Shown here: positions 62,181 to 64,000 of the stretch, in pieces
Position numbering within the stretch: the first letter of the stretch is position 1
Layout of the letters: every line of letters begins with the position of its first letter
Assembly (NCBI RefSeq): GCF_963921235.1
Contig: NC_086097.1
Span: forward strand, 166,844,001-166,908,000
DNA: 64,000 nucleotides
Reading direction: 5' to 3'
DNA from: Mobula hypostoma
Taxonomy: Eukaryota
Translations under genes and position numbers: made by a program
The notes under the pieces: model-generated
What the model saw: only the letters and a program-made list of their open reading frames with translations
Databases searched by the model: none
Told to the model about the DNA's origin: nothing

Positions 62181-62929
62181 AATCACAAATTTGCTCTGAG
62201 CAGATGGGGAGGGTAATAAGAGGGGCCACGTTATGTAATGCTCTAGAGAACAGAGTTAACAACAAATGTTGAGAATAATTAGCATACTTCAATGAGTGCT
62301 CAATGCACAATAGGGTAATTGTTCATGGAAGGAGTTGCAATATACTCTGGCATCTATCTCAGTCTGACACTTAAGACACAGTTATAACAGATACTATTTA
62401 TAAAACTGTCTGATCACACTGCCAACATTGAAGCAAATTTCCTTTAAAGATAGTTGCACACACTTGTTAACATGCCAGGGACTTCGAACAGATATTCTAT
62501 TCATTGCTCTGTGATTTCCAAGGTATAAACCATTGACTTAACAACACAAGAACCACATCACAATTATAGAGCACAATACACAGTTGCAGCAAAAAATATA
62601 CCTCGGGATTGCCTGACCCAAATTAGCATAAAAAAACAGTAAAACAATTCACTACTAAGACTGATAAATGCTAATGTGACATTTTATCTCAACTTTAGAA
62701 TTAATATATTTGAGTGAATAGCTGTTGGAGGCATGGATAACTACGAGAAAATAGTTGGGCCACGTAGTTTTTAATATAATTAATTAAAATTAATTTGCAG
62801 CTCTTCAGAAAATGAAGCAATCTATGCAGCAAGACCAAGATAACATTGAACTGTTGTATTATCAGTGTCAAGTAAGTGCCAAAAACTGCTGTATATTTTG
62901 AACAATTCTAACCACTTATCCTTGCTATA

Positions 62930-63562
62930 CAATAGCATTAGCCATGCTGGATACCCCACCATCAACAGCCTTGGGGTCACCACTGACCAGAACTTCAAAT
63001 GTACCATCCACGTAACTACCATGTCTAGAAGAAAGTCGGAAAGCTTGCTCTCCTGTAATGAGTGTCTCATTTGAATCTCATGACATCCCAGATTCTTTCT
63101 GCCATCTACAAGCTAAAGGTATGTCAGAAGCATGATAGAACACTCTCTATTTGCATAATTGAAGCATCAACAACTCATCTGAAACTGTGCACTATCTAGA
63201 GCACAACAGCCCTCATTCACCTCCCTAAACATTCATTCCCTAGAGCACTAACACTCTATGGAAGTAATATATACCATCTTCAACATACACTGCAGTTACT
63301 TCTCTCAGGTCCTCTGTATGCACCTCCCAATGACAGTACCAAGAAAGGCAACATGCACAATGTCCTGACATAGAATATTTATTCCTTTTCTTTATGAACA
63401 CTAAGTCTAAAATCTAGAATTCACTACCCAACAGCACTGTGGGAATACGCTCAGCAGAAAGACTGACGATATTTTTGAAGCCAAATCACAATCTCCTTTT
63501 CAAAAACAACTGAGGATGGACATTAAATGCCAGTAATGCCCACACCCTTAAAATTGAATAGA
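62930..63562 (+). mobile_element. Old CR1/L2-clade LINE 3' fragment
   Basis: PTINSLGVTTDQNF.C..HV; IYKLK.MSEA; terminal gatggacattaaatgcc..atgcccacac..attgaata. Confidence 0.55.
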
Positions 63563-64000
63563 TTTTAACAAGTGGGTACACCCCTCGAAAGATAGCACAC
63601 ACTGTTTGCAGTTCTCCTCACTGCAGCCAGATGAATCAGGTTATAGAATACCTATTATATTGAAATTGAAAAGAATACTTAAACAAGCTGATCTGACTAA
63701 AATGTGTAGCTGACAATGGGCAGACACAAATTTCTTTAATTGGTGCCAATGTGTTTCAATGCAACATAGAACTTGCTTCATTTTTGGAAAAGACCACGTT
63801 TACTCCAAAAGCACAAATTGAAATTACATGTAATCAAAACACTCAACCTGTGCAGAAAAACAGCTTCCAGAAGCAGACTAACTTTCCTTCAAGCTGAAAA
63901 GTGTGTCATTGGCCCAACAATTGCCCATTAACTACATTACATCAGAGCAGAAACCACTACATGCTCCCATCATTACTCACGTCATTCATTCAGCAAATAA

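Noticed and set aside
38314..64000. Upstream short PIEZO2 exon (CSTWEK..RQIGFES-like)
   Set aside because: I could not find a convincing match by eye. It may lie outside the window; a spliced alignment or tblastn would decide.

Overview
Eukaryotic (vertebrate) genomic DNA, most likely a cartilaginous fish (ray or shark; inferred from the HE1/V-SINE, CR1 and Penelope repeat mix). The only supportable host gene is PIEZO2 on the minus strand. Five consecutive coding exons (38313-38151, 7786-7582, 7383-7170, 5027-4859, 2441-2307) have canonical AG/GT boundaries and splice in frame to a peptide matching the N-terminal blade region of PIEZO2. The whole window is probably inside the gene. The introns are filled with decayed mobile elements: CR1 LINEs (two near full-length), Penelope-like elements (RT and GIY-YIG), Rex1/Babar fragments, an L1/Tx1 3' end, V-SINEs, a Gypsy LTR-gag-protease remnant, two solo LTRs, two copies of a TIR element with a 6-bp TSD, and a 27-28 bp minisatellite. 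The most striking non-coding signal is a minimal hammerhead-ribozyme motif (CAGTC-CTGAYGA-A-GGGT-CTCG-GCCC-GAAACGTC-GACTG) in the Penelope pseudo-LTRs, present as more than 15 intact or decayed copies. Many sit in short fold-back (hairpin) elements with their own target-site duplications, and in two cases the fold-back junction lies at the predicted ribozyme cleavage site. One 1-kb fold-back insertion has captured a 168-bp copy of the neighbouring genomic DNA at its centre. All family names come from motif recognition by eye; no database search was run.
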